NCBI GenBank assembly: GCA_963845185.1
Contig: CAWJRG010000001.1
Coordinates: 270,806-334,805, forward strand
Origin: an uncultured bacterium
Lineage (GTDB): Bacteria; Oederibacteriota; PGYV01; CAWJRG01
DNA length: 64,000 nt
Direction of reading: 5' to 3'
Shown here: positions 30,186-40,890 of the stretch, piece after piece
Layout of the letters: each line of letters begins with the position of its first letter
How positions within the stretch are numbered: the first letter of the stretch is position 1
The notes under the pieces: generated by a model
What the model saw: the letters and a program-made list of their open reading frames with translations, nothing else
The model's database searches: none
What the model was told of the DNA's origin: nothing
Translations under genes and position numbers: made by a program

Positions 30186-30893
30186 CTACTTTCCAGAAAA
30201 CTTCAAGGCCGCCCATTTAATGATATTGAAGCTTCTTGCGAATACCGCTTTGATAAAAGGCAAAAAAGATATTTTATTTGATAATATCGAAAGCACCAGA
30301 ATTATAATTATAATGTTCATAAAAAGCACAAAAACTATTGAAAAAACAATATTGCTGTCCTCGTGCAGGTCTTTCTGGTTTATCATCAGTGAGTAAAGCG
30401 TAAGCGCTATGTGAAATGCCAGGCTCGCGCCGATAAAAAAAGCGATATAAGGCAGGAATTTCTTGTCTGCTATTATGTAAATTAAAATAAAAATAAAAGT
30501 ATATAACGGGAAAAAATAAGGCGCAAGCGATATCAGAAAATTCGACTTGCTTATCATTACCCTGCCGCCTTCGCGTGCAACCCTTAATTCCTTTGTTTTC
30601 CCGCCGAAAAGCGCGGCCCAGAGCATATGCGTCAACTCATGGCTCATCACGTGTATAAAAACCGGCTTGTAAAAAATCATGTGTATTACGAGATAAACAA
30701 TAAACCCCAGCAGAAAGAAAAACTCTATTTTGGAGCTTATTGAAAAATTTTTTAATACCCTGATAAACTCCACGGCTGCCGAAGCGGAAAGCAGGACAAA
30801 TAGCGCGGTTAATATGATGAATATTGCTTTTTTCATGTGGAACCCCGCCGACAGGAGTCGGCGGCTCCTTAAAAACCACCGGAGGTTTATCAT
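30186..30893 (-). CDS. M50-like membrane metallopeptidase
   Basis: HELTH after TM segments; SLAPYFFP; alternative start 30836. Confidence 0.7.
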   Translation of the reverse strand: MINLRWFLRSRRLLSAGFHMKKAIFIILTALFVLLSASAAVEFIRVLKNFSISSKIEFFFLLGFIVYLVIHMIFYKPVFIHVMSHELTHMLWAALFGGKTKELRVAREGGRVMISKSNFLISLAPYFFPLYTFIFILIYIIADKKFLPYIAFFIGASLAFHIALTLYSLMINQKDLHEDSNIVFSIVFVLFMNIIIIILVLSILSNKISFLPFIKAVFARSFNIIKWAALKFSGK

Positions 30894-30963
30894 GAGTTCC
30901 CTCCGGAAAGGTATGATTTATCCCCCAACCGGAGTTGGGGGATTTCTTTCTGGATTAAAGTTG

Positions 30964-33243
30964 TTACTTTACATCCTGCACTTTTGCGAGTCTTTCGTTT
31001 ATTTCTTCCAGGCGTTTTTTGGCCGTGACATGGTCGGGCGCCATCTGCAGCGCCGAAATTATTTTTTCCCTAGCCTCTTTTAATTTGTTGTCGTTGTACA
31101 AATCCATTGCTTCTTTGTATTTATTCTGCGCCTCTTCTTCTATCATCGGCCTCACATCCCTCAAAAATTTGAGTGTGTATTCGTTTGTAGGGTCGAGTTT
31201 TAAAATGGCATTCGAGTAATTTGTCATTTCAACCACATTTTTTGTTCTGTATGCCTCGTCCATTTTTTCAATCAGTTCCTCAAGCCTCGCCTTGAATATA
31301 TCTTTTGCCCTGTCTATGTAATCTTTTAACTTTTTATCAAGCGGCCTTTTCTCCTGAGTTTTTTTCCACTCCTTTATTGTATCAACATAATTTTCTTTCA
31401 AAAATTCATCAAGGCCTTTTTTAAATGATTCCACTGCCACTTCTGAGTCAACGCTTTTATCCGCTGATATGCTGTCGCTTATAAGCCTGTTGTAAGTGTC
31501 GTCAAAATTTTTCTGTATTTCCTGGGAGTCAGGCTTTAAATTAAGCGCCTTTTTGAGGCTGAAAATAGCCTGAAGCAGGTTCCCCGCCTCAGCTTCCTCG
31601 ACGCCCTTTTTATGCAGCTTCTCTATTTCTTTTTTAAGCCTGAATTCCTTTAGTTTTTGTTCTGCACTTTCAATATAAGCTTTTGCCTGGGCGTTTGTAG
31701 GGTCCATTTTCAGGACTTTTTTCCACGTATTTATCGCTTCCTCCACTTTTCCTGTCTTGTATAATTCCACGCCTTCCGCGATTATTTGGGGCACGGCATT
31801 CGCGGTCTCCTGCCTTTCCTCCGCGCTTTTTATATATGATTTTGCCTGCATATTGTCAGGGTCCATATTAAGCACTTCCTGCCATTTAAGAATCGCGCCC
31901 TTTATGTTACCTTGCTTGTAAATATTTAACCCGTCATTTATCATGCTTTTAATTAACTGCTGGTTTTGTTCTTTATTGACCGTTACTTTTACTTTTTCCA
32001 TTAAATCCGCTATCTCTTTGTTTGTCGGGTCCTGTGATAATATTTTTTCAAAAGCTGCATAAGCCTCCCTCATCTTATTAGCCGCAAATAAGGCTTTTGC
32101 CTGCCTTATCTGCTCTTCCAATTCCTTGTGAACCTGGTCTTTGAGCATGCTGTCCAGTATTGACTGCGCCGATGCCTTGCTTGAGCTTATCCCTTTCAAC
32201 GATAAATCTATTTCCTGCTGTGATGTCGCATTACGCCTTGCTTCCTCTATAGAAATAAGCCCTTTCTTATAGAGGCTTATAAGTGACTGGTCAAAAGTCT
32301 GCATGCCGTATTGCGCGCCGTCTTTTATCATGTCTTTAATTTGGCTGATTTTTCCTTCTTCTAACAGCGCTCTTACTGTCGGCGTCACAATCATTATTTC
32401 CACTCCAGGGACTCTGCCCACGCCGTCTGCCCTCAGAACAAGCCGTAATGACAATACTGCACGCAAGGCGCCTGCCATCTGAATGCGCATCTGATGCTGT
32501 TCTTCCTTTGCAAAAAAATCCAGTATCCTGTTTATGGTCTGTACCGTATCTATTGTGTGAAGGGTGGAAAATACCATATGGCCTGTCTCTGCCGCGCTTA
32601 TTGCCGCCTTCACTGTCTCGGAGTCCCTCATTTCGCCGATAAGTATGACGTCCGGATCCTGTCTTAGCACGTATTTCAAGGCGCTGGCGAATGTCTCCGT
32701 ATCGAGTCCGACTTCCCTCTGGGATACGCTGCATTTCTTGTCCGAATGCACAAATTCTATCGGGTCCTCTATGGTCACTATATGGTGGTTGTAATTCTCA
32801 TTGACTTTGTTTATCATTGCAGCAAGGGTGGTGGATTTTCCGCTGCCTGTCGTGCCTGTGACAAGCACAAGCCCCCTGGGATAAAGCGAAATCTCGCTGA
32901 GTACCGACGGCAGGTTTAATTCTTCCAAGCTTGGTATTTGTATCGGTATGGCCCTTAATACAATTTCTATTTTCCCCTTTTGCTTGAAAACATTTGCCCT
33001 GAAACGCGCTACATCCTCAAGATTGTACGCCGAATCCATTTCGCTGGTTTCTTCAAATTTTTTCCGCTGCCTCTCATCCGCAACTACGAATATCATTTCC
33101 TTTAGATCATCTTCGGTTATCGTCGCCATGTCAAGCGGCGATAATTTGCCGTCTATTCTTAAAAGAGGCGGCCTGCCTTCTTTTAAATGCAAATCTGATG
33201 CTTTTTTATCGAGCATTATATGCAGAAGGTCTGATATATTCAT
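30964..33243 (-). CDS. PilT/PilU family ATPase fused to a C-terminal TPR array
   Basis: ASDLHL, GTTGSGKST, TIEDPIE, LRQDPD..IGEMRD, TGH...TLH, GMQTFD; about 400 aa of TPR-like repeats (W..VL..DP.N..A). Confidence 0.9.
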   Translation of the reverse strand: MNISDLLHIMLDKKASDLHLKEGRPPLLRIDGKLSPLDMATITEDDLKEMIFVVADERQRKKFEETSEMDSAYNLEDVARFRANVFKQKGKIEIVLRAIPIQIPSLEELNLPSVLSEISLYPRGLVLVTGTTGSGKSTTLAAMINKVNENYNHHIVTIEDPIEFVHSDKKCSVSQREVGLDTETFASALKYVLRQDPDVILIGEMRDSETVKAAISAAETGHMVFSTLHTIDTVQTINRILDFFAKEEQHQMRIQMAGALRAVLSLRLVLRADGVGRVPGVEIMIVTPTVRALLEEGKISQIKDMIKDGAQYGMQTFDQSLISLYKKGLISIEEARRNATSQQEIDLSLKGISSSKASAQSILDSMLKDQVHKELEEQIRQAKALFAANKMREAYAAFEKILSQDPTNKEIADLMEKVKVTVNKEQNQQLIKSMINDGLNIYKQGNIKGAILKWQEVLNMDPDNMQAKSYIKSAEERQETANAVPQIIAEGVELYKTGKVEEAINTWKKVLKMDPTNAQAKAYIESAEQKLKEFRLKKEIEKLHKKGVEEAEAGNLLQAIFSLKKALNLKPDSQEIQKNFDDTYNRLISDSISADKSVDSEVAVESFKKGLDEFLKENYVDTIKEWKKTQEKRPLDKKLKDYIDRAKDIFKARLEELIEKMDEAYRTKNVVEMTNYSNAILKLDPTNEYTLKFLRDVRPMIEEEAQNKYKEAMDLYNDNKLKEAREKIISALQMAPDHVTAKKRLEEINERLAKVQDVK

Positions 33244-33399
33244 TTCACTTATGACTCCCCTTATCCGTTAATCTATTAAACTTGCAAAAACCCGTCTATA
33301 TCCAGGTACCGATCATCCACCGAATATTTAATAATGTGATCCCTTCCCGTAGCACTATCCATCACCGCTTCTATCAGTATAAATTTTTGCTGAGCGGGA

Positions 33400-34401
33400 T
33401 TAAAACGTCATCGACAGGCCAAACCGCTGGGTATTATCCAGTACCGATCTCATAACATACTGGTAGGTATAATCCAGGGAAAAATCCTGCATGCAAATGC
33501 TTGCGCCGCCCGCCAATATGTCAGCATTATCAATAGGGTCTATTGAAATTCCTGCCCTGATGCTTGCTTTTTCAATACTGCTGTTTTTTCCAAAATTTAT
33601 GGTGTATTCAGAGCCACCGCTGTATGTTTGTATTTCAGGCACGCCTTTATCATCCTCAATCGACTTAATCTCGCCGCTGATTAAAAAATTGTCGGTTATT
33701 CCGTAATAAATCCCGGTTCTTAATTCATAAGGTATCTGCTCGCTGGTCCCTGAATCCCATTTAATATCGGAATAAATATCTTTTGCCATTATTCCTATCC
33801 TCAAATTTTCTTTTAATGCTAACATTAATCCTAAATCAAAAGATGGCCCCGTTGCCCCTGTACCTGAACCCAACAAGCTGTCGAGGTTCGACTTTTCAAT
33901 CAAATACTTCGCGTTAACTCCTATTGCCAATTTTGGGTAAAGATATTTAACAAGTCCTAATGCATTGTCTATTTGTATTGCCCATGATCCGACAAGAGTC
34001 CATTCATCCCAGGAGTACTGGTTGTCTCCAGGGTAATCTGCCCCTATTTTTACTGACATATCGCTTATGCTCGCTCCGAGTGCCCCATAACCTGATAAAT
34101 CACCCTGCCCGTAGGAAACCAGCCAGCTGGATGCTCCACCTGCAGTCAGGTTAAATAAAGACGGGTCATAAGTAAAAGATACGCTTTTCTTTTTATATAA
34201 AAAAGCAAGCCCTGCCGGGTTCCACCACGAAGCGTCAGCGTCGTCGGCTATTGCTGTATATGCGCCTCCCAGGCCAAGTGGCCTGACGGATATACCGTTA
34301 TCTGTAAAAGCGCCGCCAACAAAACTGGAACTTACGGCATGTGCGGTCCATGCCGCCGTCATAAGGCATACTGTGAAAATTATAATTGCCGACTTCCGCA
34401 T
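33400..34401 (-). CDS. PorV/UPF0164-like outer-membrane beta-barrel
   Basis: Signal peptide; RPLGLGGAY.AIADDA....WNPAGL; QRFGLSMTF C-terminus. Confidence 0.8.
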   Translation of the reverse strand: MRKSAIIIFTVCLMTAAWTAHAVSSSFVGGAFTDNGISVRPLGLGGAYTAIADDADASWWNPAGLAFLYKKKSVSFTYDPSLFNLTAGGASSWLVSYGQGDLSGYGALGASISDMSVKIGADYPGDNQYSWDEWTLVGSWAIQIDNALGLVKYLYPKLAIGVNAKYLIEKSNLDSLLGSGTGATGPSFDLGLMLALKENLRIGIMAKDIYSDIKWDSGTSEQIPYELRTGIYYGITDNFLISGEIKSIEDDKGVPEIQTYSGGSEYTINFGKNSSIEKASIRAGISIDPIDNADILAGGASICMQDFSLDYTYQYVMRSVLDNTQRFGLSMTF

Positions 34402-34422
34402 TTTATACCTCTTTCTTTTTAT

Positions 34423-37400
34423 TTATTTAATAACCGCTATGGTTCGTGCTGTGTTTTGACTTTTCCCGTTCGTATAGGTAATCTGCATTTTTAAAACATA
34501 AATCCCGTTCCGGACAAGTGAACCCGCGTCGTTTTTCCCGTCCCATGAAAAATAATAATTTTTTGTGCCTGCTACCGGGTCGGTGTCAAAGTTAGAAAAA
34601 AGTGCTGGATTTTGTGTGTATTCAACCGTCCTTACAAATGTTCCTGCCATGTTGAATAAATAGCATTTGACATTTTGAATATTTACTATGCTGGATATCC
34701 CAAGGTAAATTTTCGCCGGCCCTATATTCGGGTCAAATACTTTTGTATTCTGGAAATGAAAAGTTGATTGCATCGTTGTTGGAGGCACATACATAAACGC
34801 AAAAACATTATTTGCCACTATCTGGTTAAATGGCGGCGTAAGGCCCGTAAGTGTCGCCTGGACATAATTATCTGTTCCAGTATTTACTATGTTGCCTGTA
34901 TTACTTATTTTTCTCCATGTTGCCCCGTCATACATCCATAAGCTTAAAGCGCTCTGGTCAAGTCCCATGCTTGTCAACTGGCTGATATCGCTGTTCGTAA
35001 AATGCATTACGAGAGTAACCGTGCAGAGGTTTGCATTAAAATTAAGGGGCAAAGACGAACCGCCGCCTCCAAAGGTCACTGCCGTGCTTATCTGTTTATA
35101 TCCGGCAGGCGGTGCGGGAACCGAAGCGTCTGCTGAAACGGTTATTATGTTTGCAGCTACCGTATTTCCGCTCGGGTCTGTTATTCCCGAATTGCCTGCG
35201 CCTACAGCAGATATTATCATGTATGTCGAGGTGTTGTTTCCTGTCCCGCTTAAATCAACATAAGTAACAGTGCCGCTTGAACCTGTTGAAATAAAAAACT
35301 TGTATTGATATGCCCCCGAATAGTTGTTCACGGAATCAGGGGTTACTATTACGTCGTAATTTCCGTCCTGCAGCGGTACCGATGGCGTGAAAGTAAGTAT
35401 ATTTGTTCCTGAAACATGCGAAAGAGTGCCTGCTATTGCTTGGTTTGATGAATTAATGACCTGTATTGAGGAACTGGTCCAATTTACCTGGGCGCCGTTG
35501 GTCGAAGACCCCGATAAGATTACGGCATTAATGCTTGAAACAAAGTAATTAACCTGGGTCTGCGTTGATGAAGACAGACCTGTTGTCTGGCCTGCAGATG
35601 ATAATGCGGAAACCGCGTTAATCACTGGTATTGATGTATCCACTATGCTGAACGTAAATGTTGTTGGCGCCCCTACGTTCCTGTTCGCGTCAACAGGTGT
35701 CACTATCCATGAATAAGTGCCTCCCAGCGTCAGGCTGGAAGACGGTATATAGTAAAGTTCCCATGTTTTTAAACCTGACCCTCCGTTCCACGATACTTGT
35801 CCCGGGACTTGTGTGCCGTTTGGCCCGTATAAAACAATAGATGAATAATTAATACTGCCAGCGCCGACTCCGGTATCATTGAGCGTCACTTTAATATAAT
35901 TTGAAGGCCCTATAACATTCGGTGATATGCTTTCAGTGTTTGAAGGGTATTCCGAATTAGTCACGATTGACGGCGGCGTATTGTCAGGAAGCGGTGGATT
36001 GTTATTCTGTTCAATTATAAAAGACGCCGTGCTCTGGTTTGAAGCAAGCCCATATCCCTGATGTCCGGCTATAATTCCTGTGCTGGCATCCCAAAAAAAA
36101 CTGGGCTGCATATGATAAGCCAGATATGTATATGTTACACTGCTAGTAGTAGTAGTCCCGTTGGCACAACTTGCAGTGCCTGATTGAATTCCATTACTGT
36201 ACACCACCATTGTTTTTCCAACCAATATGCCTGAGCCGGCTACTATATAAGTCCCTGGATTAATACTCGACCATGTGTAGTCCATGCCAAAATTTCCTGT
36301 AAAAATGCCTTGTGATGCATTTTGCAGATTAACAACAACATCCCAGTCATTGCCCGTATTGCCGTCAGGCACCGTATAAAGTACGGTCGAGGTTATACTG
36401 CACGGATTTGTAGGTAAAGGCATGTAATTATATTGGCCTATTGTTGTTACAGACAAAAGCCCGGATGGACTGATAAAGAACGGAGGATTGCTGGATGGGT
36501 CTAAATACCACATGTCTGAATCAACGTTAGAGCTTAGGTCCTGTGGCAGAGTGCTAATCAAATTCCCGCTGCTGTCATACAGCTTAAGGCTTACTAAAAG
36601 AAATGGATAGTTTCTATAATCAAGATATCCTGTATATCCGCCTCCGGGTGAACCACCCGGGTTTGGAATATCAAACCCGAGATTCTGCAAATTGGCCTGG
36701 GTAGCGTTATTCACCTGTGCCTGCATGCTCACTATCACTCCTATCTCATTATAACTTGTATTACTGTAAATCGGGTCAATTGAAGTCACCTGCATTGTCA
36801 TATTAACAGTCGTAACTATCAAATTGCCGGTATAGGTTGTTCCTGTATTGCCGTACATATCTGTAAAATTTATTGCATACTGGTAAAGACCGTCTGCCTG
36901 CAAAGTACCGGTATTGCTCAATCCATCCCATTCTATTGGTATATTATTGCCGCCCATGCCGCTCGCGTTTAAAGTTTTTATGGTTGTACCATTTAATAGT
37001 ATGTTTAATGAAACATTGCAGTTCGTGCTCAGGTAATAACTGATAGCCAAAAGTCCTGCATTGGGGTTGAATGGATTCGGCGAAGCATTTACAAGCTGAA
37101 TAGTGGGTCTTACACCGTCAATTGAGATTGGTCTTGGCGCTGCAAACGGGTCGCCGCTTGCCAAATTGCCATTTACTGAAAAATGCCCTATTATAGAACC
37201 ATTTGTAATATTGAATTGATATGCTTCCCTTACAAGAAATTGAGTGGTATATACGTCAGTTCCATTAACAGTAGTGTCAGTAAGAATATTTCCAGTTACT
37301 GCTGTTCCTATGTCAAAAGTCGCTTGAATAATATTGCCACCGCCGGAATTTACTGTTGCTGCAAATACGCATGTAAAATTTGCGTATTGAATATTGTAAT

Positions 37401-37833
37401 AATTTACCACAGGCTGGCCGGCTATCAGTTCACTATCATTAAGCAAAAGGGTGTTTTGTGCATTGTTATTTGGATTTGGAACGTATGGAGCTGGTATCTC
37501 CCATGTATGGCTTCCATCATAAACATACACATTGCCACTGCCGGTTGGGAAAGTTGCAGGTAAATCAGAACCGGACAACTGCAACCAAGAAGTAACAGCT
37601 GTTGTTGTAACATAAACAACTGTTGTCACATCCGTGTATGTTTGAGTAACATTGAGCGGTACCATGGTCACATTGATATAAGAACCAATAATCGCTACTT
37701 GAGCACTCGGGGATATTTGGTAATCAAGGGAAGCTATTATATAATTCGCATTGCTGGTTTTCGTAAATGAAAAAAAACATAAAAGCACAAAGACCGCTGT
37801 AATAAAAACTTTTGTTTTTAGGATTCTATGCAA
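34423..37833 (-). CDS. Large secreted Ig-repeat protein with two FlgD-Ig-like domains
   Basis: Signal peptide; S/T/N-rich; PNPFNPN...WDG...DGLY internal; Ig-like D.TPP / LTFTP..PL.DG.Y units; terminal WDGKND.G..V.NGIY. Confidence 0.75.
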   Translation of the reverse strand: MHRILKTKVFITAVFVLLCFFSFTKTSNANYIIASLDYQISPSAQVAIIGSYINVTMVPLNVTQTYTDVTTVVYVTTTAVTSWLQLSGSDLPATFPTGSGNVYVYDGSHTWEIPAPYVPNPNNNAQNTLLLNDSELIAGQPVVNYYNIQYANFTCVFAATVNSGGGNIIQATFDIGTAVTGNILTDTTVNGTDVYTTQFLVREAYQFNITNGSIIGHFSVNGNLASGDPFAAPRPISIDGVRPTIQLVNASPNPFNPNAGLLAISYYLSTNCNVSLNILLNGTTIKTLNASGMGGNNIPIEWDGLSNTGTLQADGLYQYAINFTDMYGNTGTTYTGNLIVTTVNMTMQVTSIDPIYSNTSYNEIGVIVSMQAQVNNATQANLQNLGFDIPNPGGSPGGGYTGYLDYRNYPFLLVSLKLYDSSGNLISTLPQDLSSNVDSDMWYLDPSSNPPFFISPSGLLSVTTIGQYNYMPLPTNPCSITSTVLYTVPDGNTGNDWDVVVNLQNASQGIFTGNFGMDYTWSSINPGTYIVAGSGILVGKTMVVYSNGIQSGTASCANGTTTTSSVTYTYLAYHMQPSFFWDASTGIIAGHQGYGLASNQSTASFIIEQNNNPPLPDNTPPSIVTNSEYPSNTESISPNVIGPSNYIKVTLNDTGVGAGSINYSSIVLYGPNGTQVPGQVSWNGGSGLKTWELYYIPSSSLTLGGTYSWIVTPVDANRNVGAPTTFTFSIVDTSIPVINAVSALSSAGQTTGLSSSTQTQVNYFVSSINAVILSGSSTNGAQVNWTSSSIQVINSSNQAIAGTLSHVSGTNILTFTPSVPLQDGNYDVIVTPDSVNNYSGAYQYKFFISTGSSGTVTYVDLSGTGNNTSTYMIISAVGAGNSGITDPSGNTVAANIITVSADASVPAPPAGYKQISTAVTFGGGGSSLPLNFNANLCTVTLVMHFTNSDISQLTSMGLDQSALSLWMYDGATWRKISNTGNIVNTGTDNYVQATLTGLTPPFNQIVANNVFAFMYVPPTTMQSTFHFQNTKVFDPNIGPAKIYLGISSIVNIQNVKCYLFNMAGTFVRTVEYTQNPALFSNFDTDPVAGTKNYYFSWDGKNDAGSLVRNGIYVLKMQITYTNGKSQNTARTIAVIK

Positions 37834-37874
37834 AATTGTGCTCCTCTTTTATGTTTTCACTTCAGTCAATATGA

Positions 37875-37902
37875 ATAATATCATATTTTTTTTAAATGTC
37901 AA
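37875..37902 (-). promoter_or_regulatory. sigma70 promoter candidate
   Basis: TTGACA-16-TATTAT with TG extension. Confidence 0.45.
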
Positions 37903-38027
37903 GACAAAATAAATGTTAAGTTTTTTGTTTACTTATTGCTTTTTCATTCCTATATTTAATAAGGATTTTACGCTTTCGTTGCCTTTTTGATTTAATTATC
38001 CTTTTTTTACCTTTGTTTTTAAAAGCA

Positions 38028-38055
38028 AACGGGCCGGTTATTGAACCGGCCCGTT
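38028..38055 (-). terminator. Intrinsic terminator
   Basis: AACGGGCCGGTT-attg-AACCGGCCCGTT followed by T-rich run on minus strand. Confidence 0.75.
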
Positions 38056-38083
38056 ATTAAAAATTTAATTTATCTAGTATAGT

Positions 38084-38725
38084 TTAAAAGTAATACCTAA
38101 CTACTAATGGAACAACTGAAAAATCCGGCAAAGCTACACTCAAGCCAATGCTTGTACTTGAACTGGTATTGCCGTTAACTGAAGTGCTGTTGGGATTTAT
38201 TATAAGCCCTGCTCCAAAGCTACTGCCTATACTAAAATCTTTGCTTATTGCAGTCAGGAATACTTCGCCTTCAAGCCAGCATCCAAGAATCACATTAAAT
38301 GAGCTCTGAGTTGCGTTAATCCCTGCAATAGTAGTACGCCCATTATTATAACCTAACCTAATGCCTGGATCCAGATTTAAATAAAATGAGCCTGCGTTAT
38401 ACATTGGAAATATAATGTTCATGCCGGCGTTAAAAGTAAATGATGATTGGTTTCCTGTTGTAAAGCCAAGCCCACCGGTGAATTCCATGCCCATGTTGTA
38501 ATTTGGCCAAAACCTGAAATACACATTCCTATCTATTAAGTCGTACCCGAGTGCCAGCTTGTCCTTAAACGTGGTCTCTTTCTGCACCACCGCTTCTTTC
38601 TGTACTACTACTTCTGTTTGCACTGGTTTAACCTCATCTTTTTTAACATGTTTTTTCTTAGCGGCAGTAGTAAAACTAGCGAATAACAACAACGACAAAA
38701 CAATTACAGCAATTTTTTTAAACAT
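38084..38725 (-). CDS. Small outer-membrane beta-barrel protein
   Basis: Signal peptide, amphipathic strands, C-terminal VRYYF. Confidence 0.65.
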   Translation of the reverse strand: MFKKIAVIVLSLLLFASFTTAAKKKHVKKDEVKPVQTEVVVQKEAVVQKETTFKDKLALGYDLIDRNVYFRFWPNYNMGMEFTGGLGFTTGNQSSFTFNAGMNIIFPMYNAGSFYLNLDPGIRLGYNNGRTTIAGINATQSSFNVILGCWLEGEVFLTAISKDFSIGSSFGAGLIINPNSTSVNGNTSSSTSIGLSVALPDFSVVPLVVRYYF

Positions 38726-38726
38726 G

Positions 38727-40208
38727 CTATACCTCCTTTAAAAATTTTTTAAAAAACTGAATCAGCAGCCTTACCCCAATACCTGAAGCGCCTTCAGGTA
38801 TATATGGTTTTTCTTTTACGCCATATGCAGTGCCGGCTATATCCAAATGTATCCACGGCGTGTTTCCCGCAAACTCTTTTAGAAACATACCTGCCGTTAT
38901 TGTGCCTGCACCACCCCCTCCTGTGTTTTTAATATCGGCAACCTTGCTTTTAATCTGATGCATGTATTCGTCAAACAACGGCAACTGCCACACGCGTTCG
39001 CCTGTTTCCTTTCCTGCCTCCTCCATTGTTTTCATCAGCCTTTCGCTGTTGCCCATCATGCCTATTGTATAATGCCCCAGCGCTTCAACAACGGCTCCTG
39101 TCAATGTCGCTATGTCGATTATTGCCGCGGGCTTATATCGCAAAGAATATGTTATGGCGTCAGCCAGTATAAGCCTTCCCTCGGCATCGGTTGAGATTAC
39201 TTCTATTGTTTTACCCGCGAGCGATTTTAAAATATCACCCGGCTTATATGCCTTGCCCGACGGCAGGTTTTCCGTAGCCGGCATCAGGCCTACCACGTTT
39301 ACTTTTATTTTCAACTCAGCCAGCGATTTTATGACGGCAAGTGTAATCGCCGTCCCTGACATGTCGTATTGCATTCCTTCCATTTTATTGGAAGGCTTTA
39401 TTGATATCCCGCCCGAATCAAAGGTGATGCCTTTTCCTACCAGAGCAATTGGTTTTTGCGTTTTAAGCCCGCCCCTGTACTCGAGGATTATGAATTTCGC
39501 AGGCTCGTCCGAGCCTTTCGCAACCCCGTAAAAAGCGCCCATGCCGAGGTTCTTTATATCTTCCAGTTCCATAATTTTTAATTTTAAATCTTTATGCCCT
39601 GCTGCTATTTGCTTTGCTGTTTTTGCCAGGTATGACGGCGTTGCTTTATTTCCCGGCGCATTCATCATGTCCCTGGCGAAAAATACATTTCCCATTATGG
39701 TTTTAATCTCGTTTATTTCATTGTTAAAATTTTTATTGTTTTTGACAAATATAAATTCTTTTAATATTTTTGGCTTTTTGTCGGTTTTATATTCGTCGTA
39801 GGAATAGTCCGCTAACAGGACGCCCTCAATCTGGGCTTTATCGATCTCGCCGCCTTTTTCCCACGATGCCATGGCAAAACTTTTAGCGTCTGAATTTTTC
39901 ATGTAGTTTAAGATGTCGCCAGCAGCTTCCCTTATTTTTTCTGCATTTATGTCTTTTACGCTGCCCAAGCCGATAAATATAATCTTTTTGATAGCGCCTT
40001 TGTAGGAAAATGCGTGTACAGACTTTTTCCCTCGGTCAAAAGCTATAACGCCTTTTTCAAAAATATTCTTTATTGTCTTTTCAAGGCCGTCGCTGCCCAT
40101 GGTCCCGACTTCAAACTGGTCTTTTTTATCGCCAAAAACAGGCACCACGCAGATTTCCGCCTCTGTATCAAATAACTTTTTGTTAATAACCTTTATTTCC
40201 ACTTTCAC
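38727..40208 (-). CDS. pepA: Leucyl aminopeptidase (M17)
   Basis: VGKGITFDSGG, TDAEGRL, ATLTGA, WIHLDIAG. Confidence 0.95.
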   Translation of the reverse strand: MKVEIKVINKKLFDTEAEICVVPVFGDKKDQFEVGTMGSDGLEKTIKNIFEKGVIAFDRGKKSVHAFSYKGAIKKIIFIGLGSVKDINAEKIREAAGDILNYMKNSDAKSFAMASWEKGGEIDKAQIEGVLLADYSYDEYKTDKKPKILKEFIFVKNNKNFNNEINEIKTIMGNVFFARDMMNAPGNKATPSYLAKTAKQIAAGHKDLKLKIMELEDIKNLGMGAFYGVAKGSDEPAKFIILEYRGGLKTQKPIALVGKGITFDSGGISIKPSNKMEGMQYDMSGTAITLAVIKSLAELKIKVNVVGLMPATENLPSGKAYKPGDILKSLAGKTIEVISTDAEGRLILADAITYSLRYKPAAIIDIATLTGAVVEALGHYTIGMMGNSERLMKTMEEAGKETGERVWQLPLFDEYMHQIKSKVADIKNTGGGGAGTITAGMFLKEFAGNTPWIHLDIAGTAYGVKEKPYIPEGASGIGVRLLIQFFKKFLKEV

Positions 40209-40212
40209 CGCC

Positions 40213-40890
40213 TTACACGAACTGAGTTAAAAAACTAATCGTGTTATTATTTATAAATTCATCAGTCAGGTTCAAATTGCTGTTTATCGTATTATTCCCC
40301 GATTTTAAATCAATCGGCTGCGGAAAATTTGCTTTGTCTTCAACAAAAAGTGTTTTGTAATCTTCCATGGAGGATTCGATTTTTATTTCGTGCGAAGTTG
40401 TATCTTCGGGAACCGGTGGAAAAAAAATCCTGCACCCCATCATATGAATCGGCCTGTTAAAGGTTTTAAAATTTTCATCCTTAAATTTAAAAACTTTTTT
40501 AATCAAAAAATCTCTCGAGTCGTCTATGCCTTTTATATTGATGAGTTTTCTTATTGTCACGCCGTGCATCAGGAATAACGGCATGCCCGTAGCTTTTGCA
40601 AAAATTTCAACGAAATCTTTTATCAGGCCGGAGTAATACGCGATGCTGCTCGTGCAGTATTCGTAAGAAATAAACAGCCTGTCTTTCATTATTTTATATA
40701 ACGCGTGGTCTGAATGTTCTTCTTTTGAACCCGTCATTTGTATTGTCGTGTCGGGAAGCGATATGTAAGAACGGATGAAATGCCCTTCGGATATTTTATC
40801 AAATATCTCCCTGTATTTTTTATCCTCTATATGCGTAGGTAAAAAAACAAGCTCTGTTACTACCGAAAGCAAGCGCGTAGAAATATCCAA
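40213..40890 (-). CDS. Hypothetical protein
   Basis: Long ORF 4 nt upstream of pepA; start re-called to TTG 40890 behind AAGGAGG. Confidence 0.65.
   Translation of the reverse strand: MDISTRLLSVVTELVFLPTHIEDKKYREIFDKISEGHFIRSYISLPDTTIQMTGSKEEHSDHALYKIMKDRLFISYEYCTSSIAYYSGLIKDFVEIFAKATGMPLFLMHGVTIRKLINIKGIDDSRDFLIKKVFKFKDENFKTFNRPIHMMGCRIFFPPVPEDTTSHEIKIESSMEDYKTLFVEDKANFPQPIDLKSGNNTINSNLNLTDEFINNNTISFLTQFV

Noticed and set aside
33250..33400. Fourth copy of the two-hairpin element upstream of the PilT-TPR gene
   Set aside because: Has a CCGCT/AGCGG stem but lacks GTCM/KGAC and hairpin B; too weak to count
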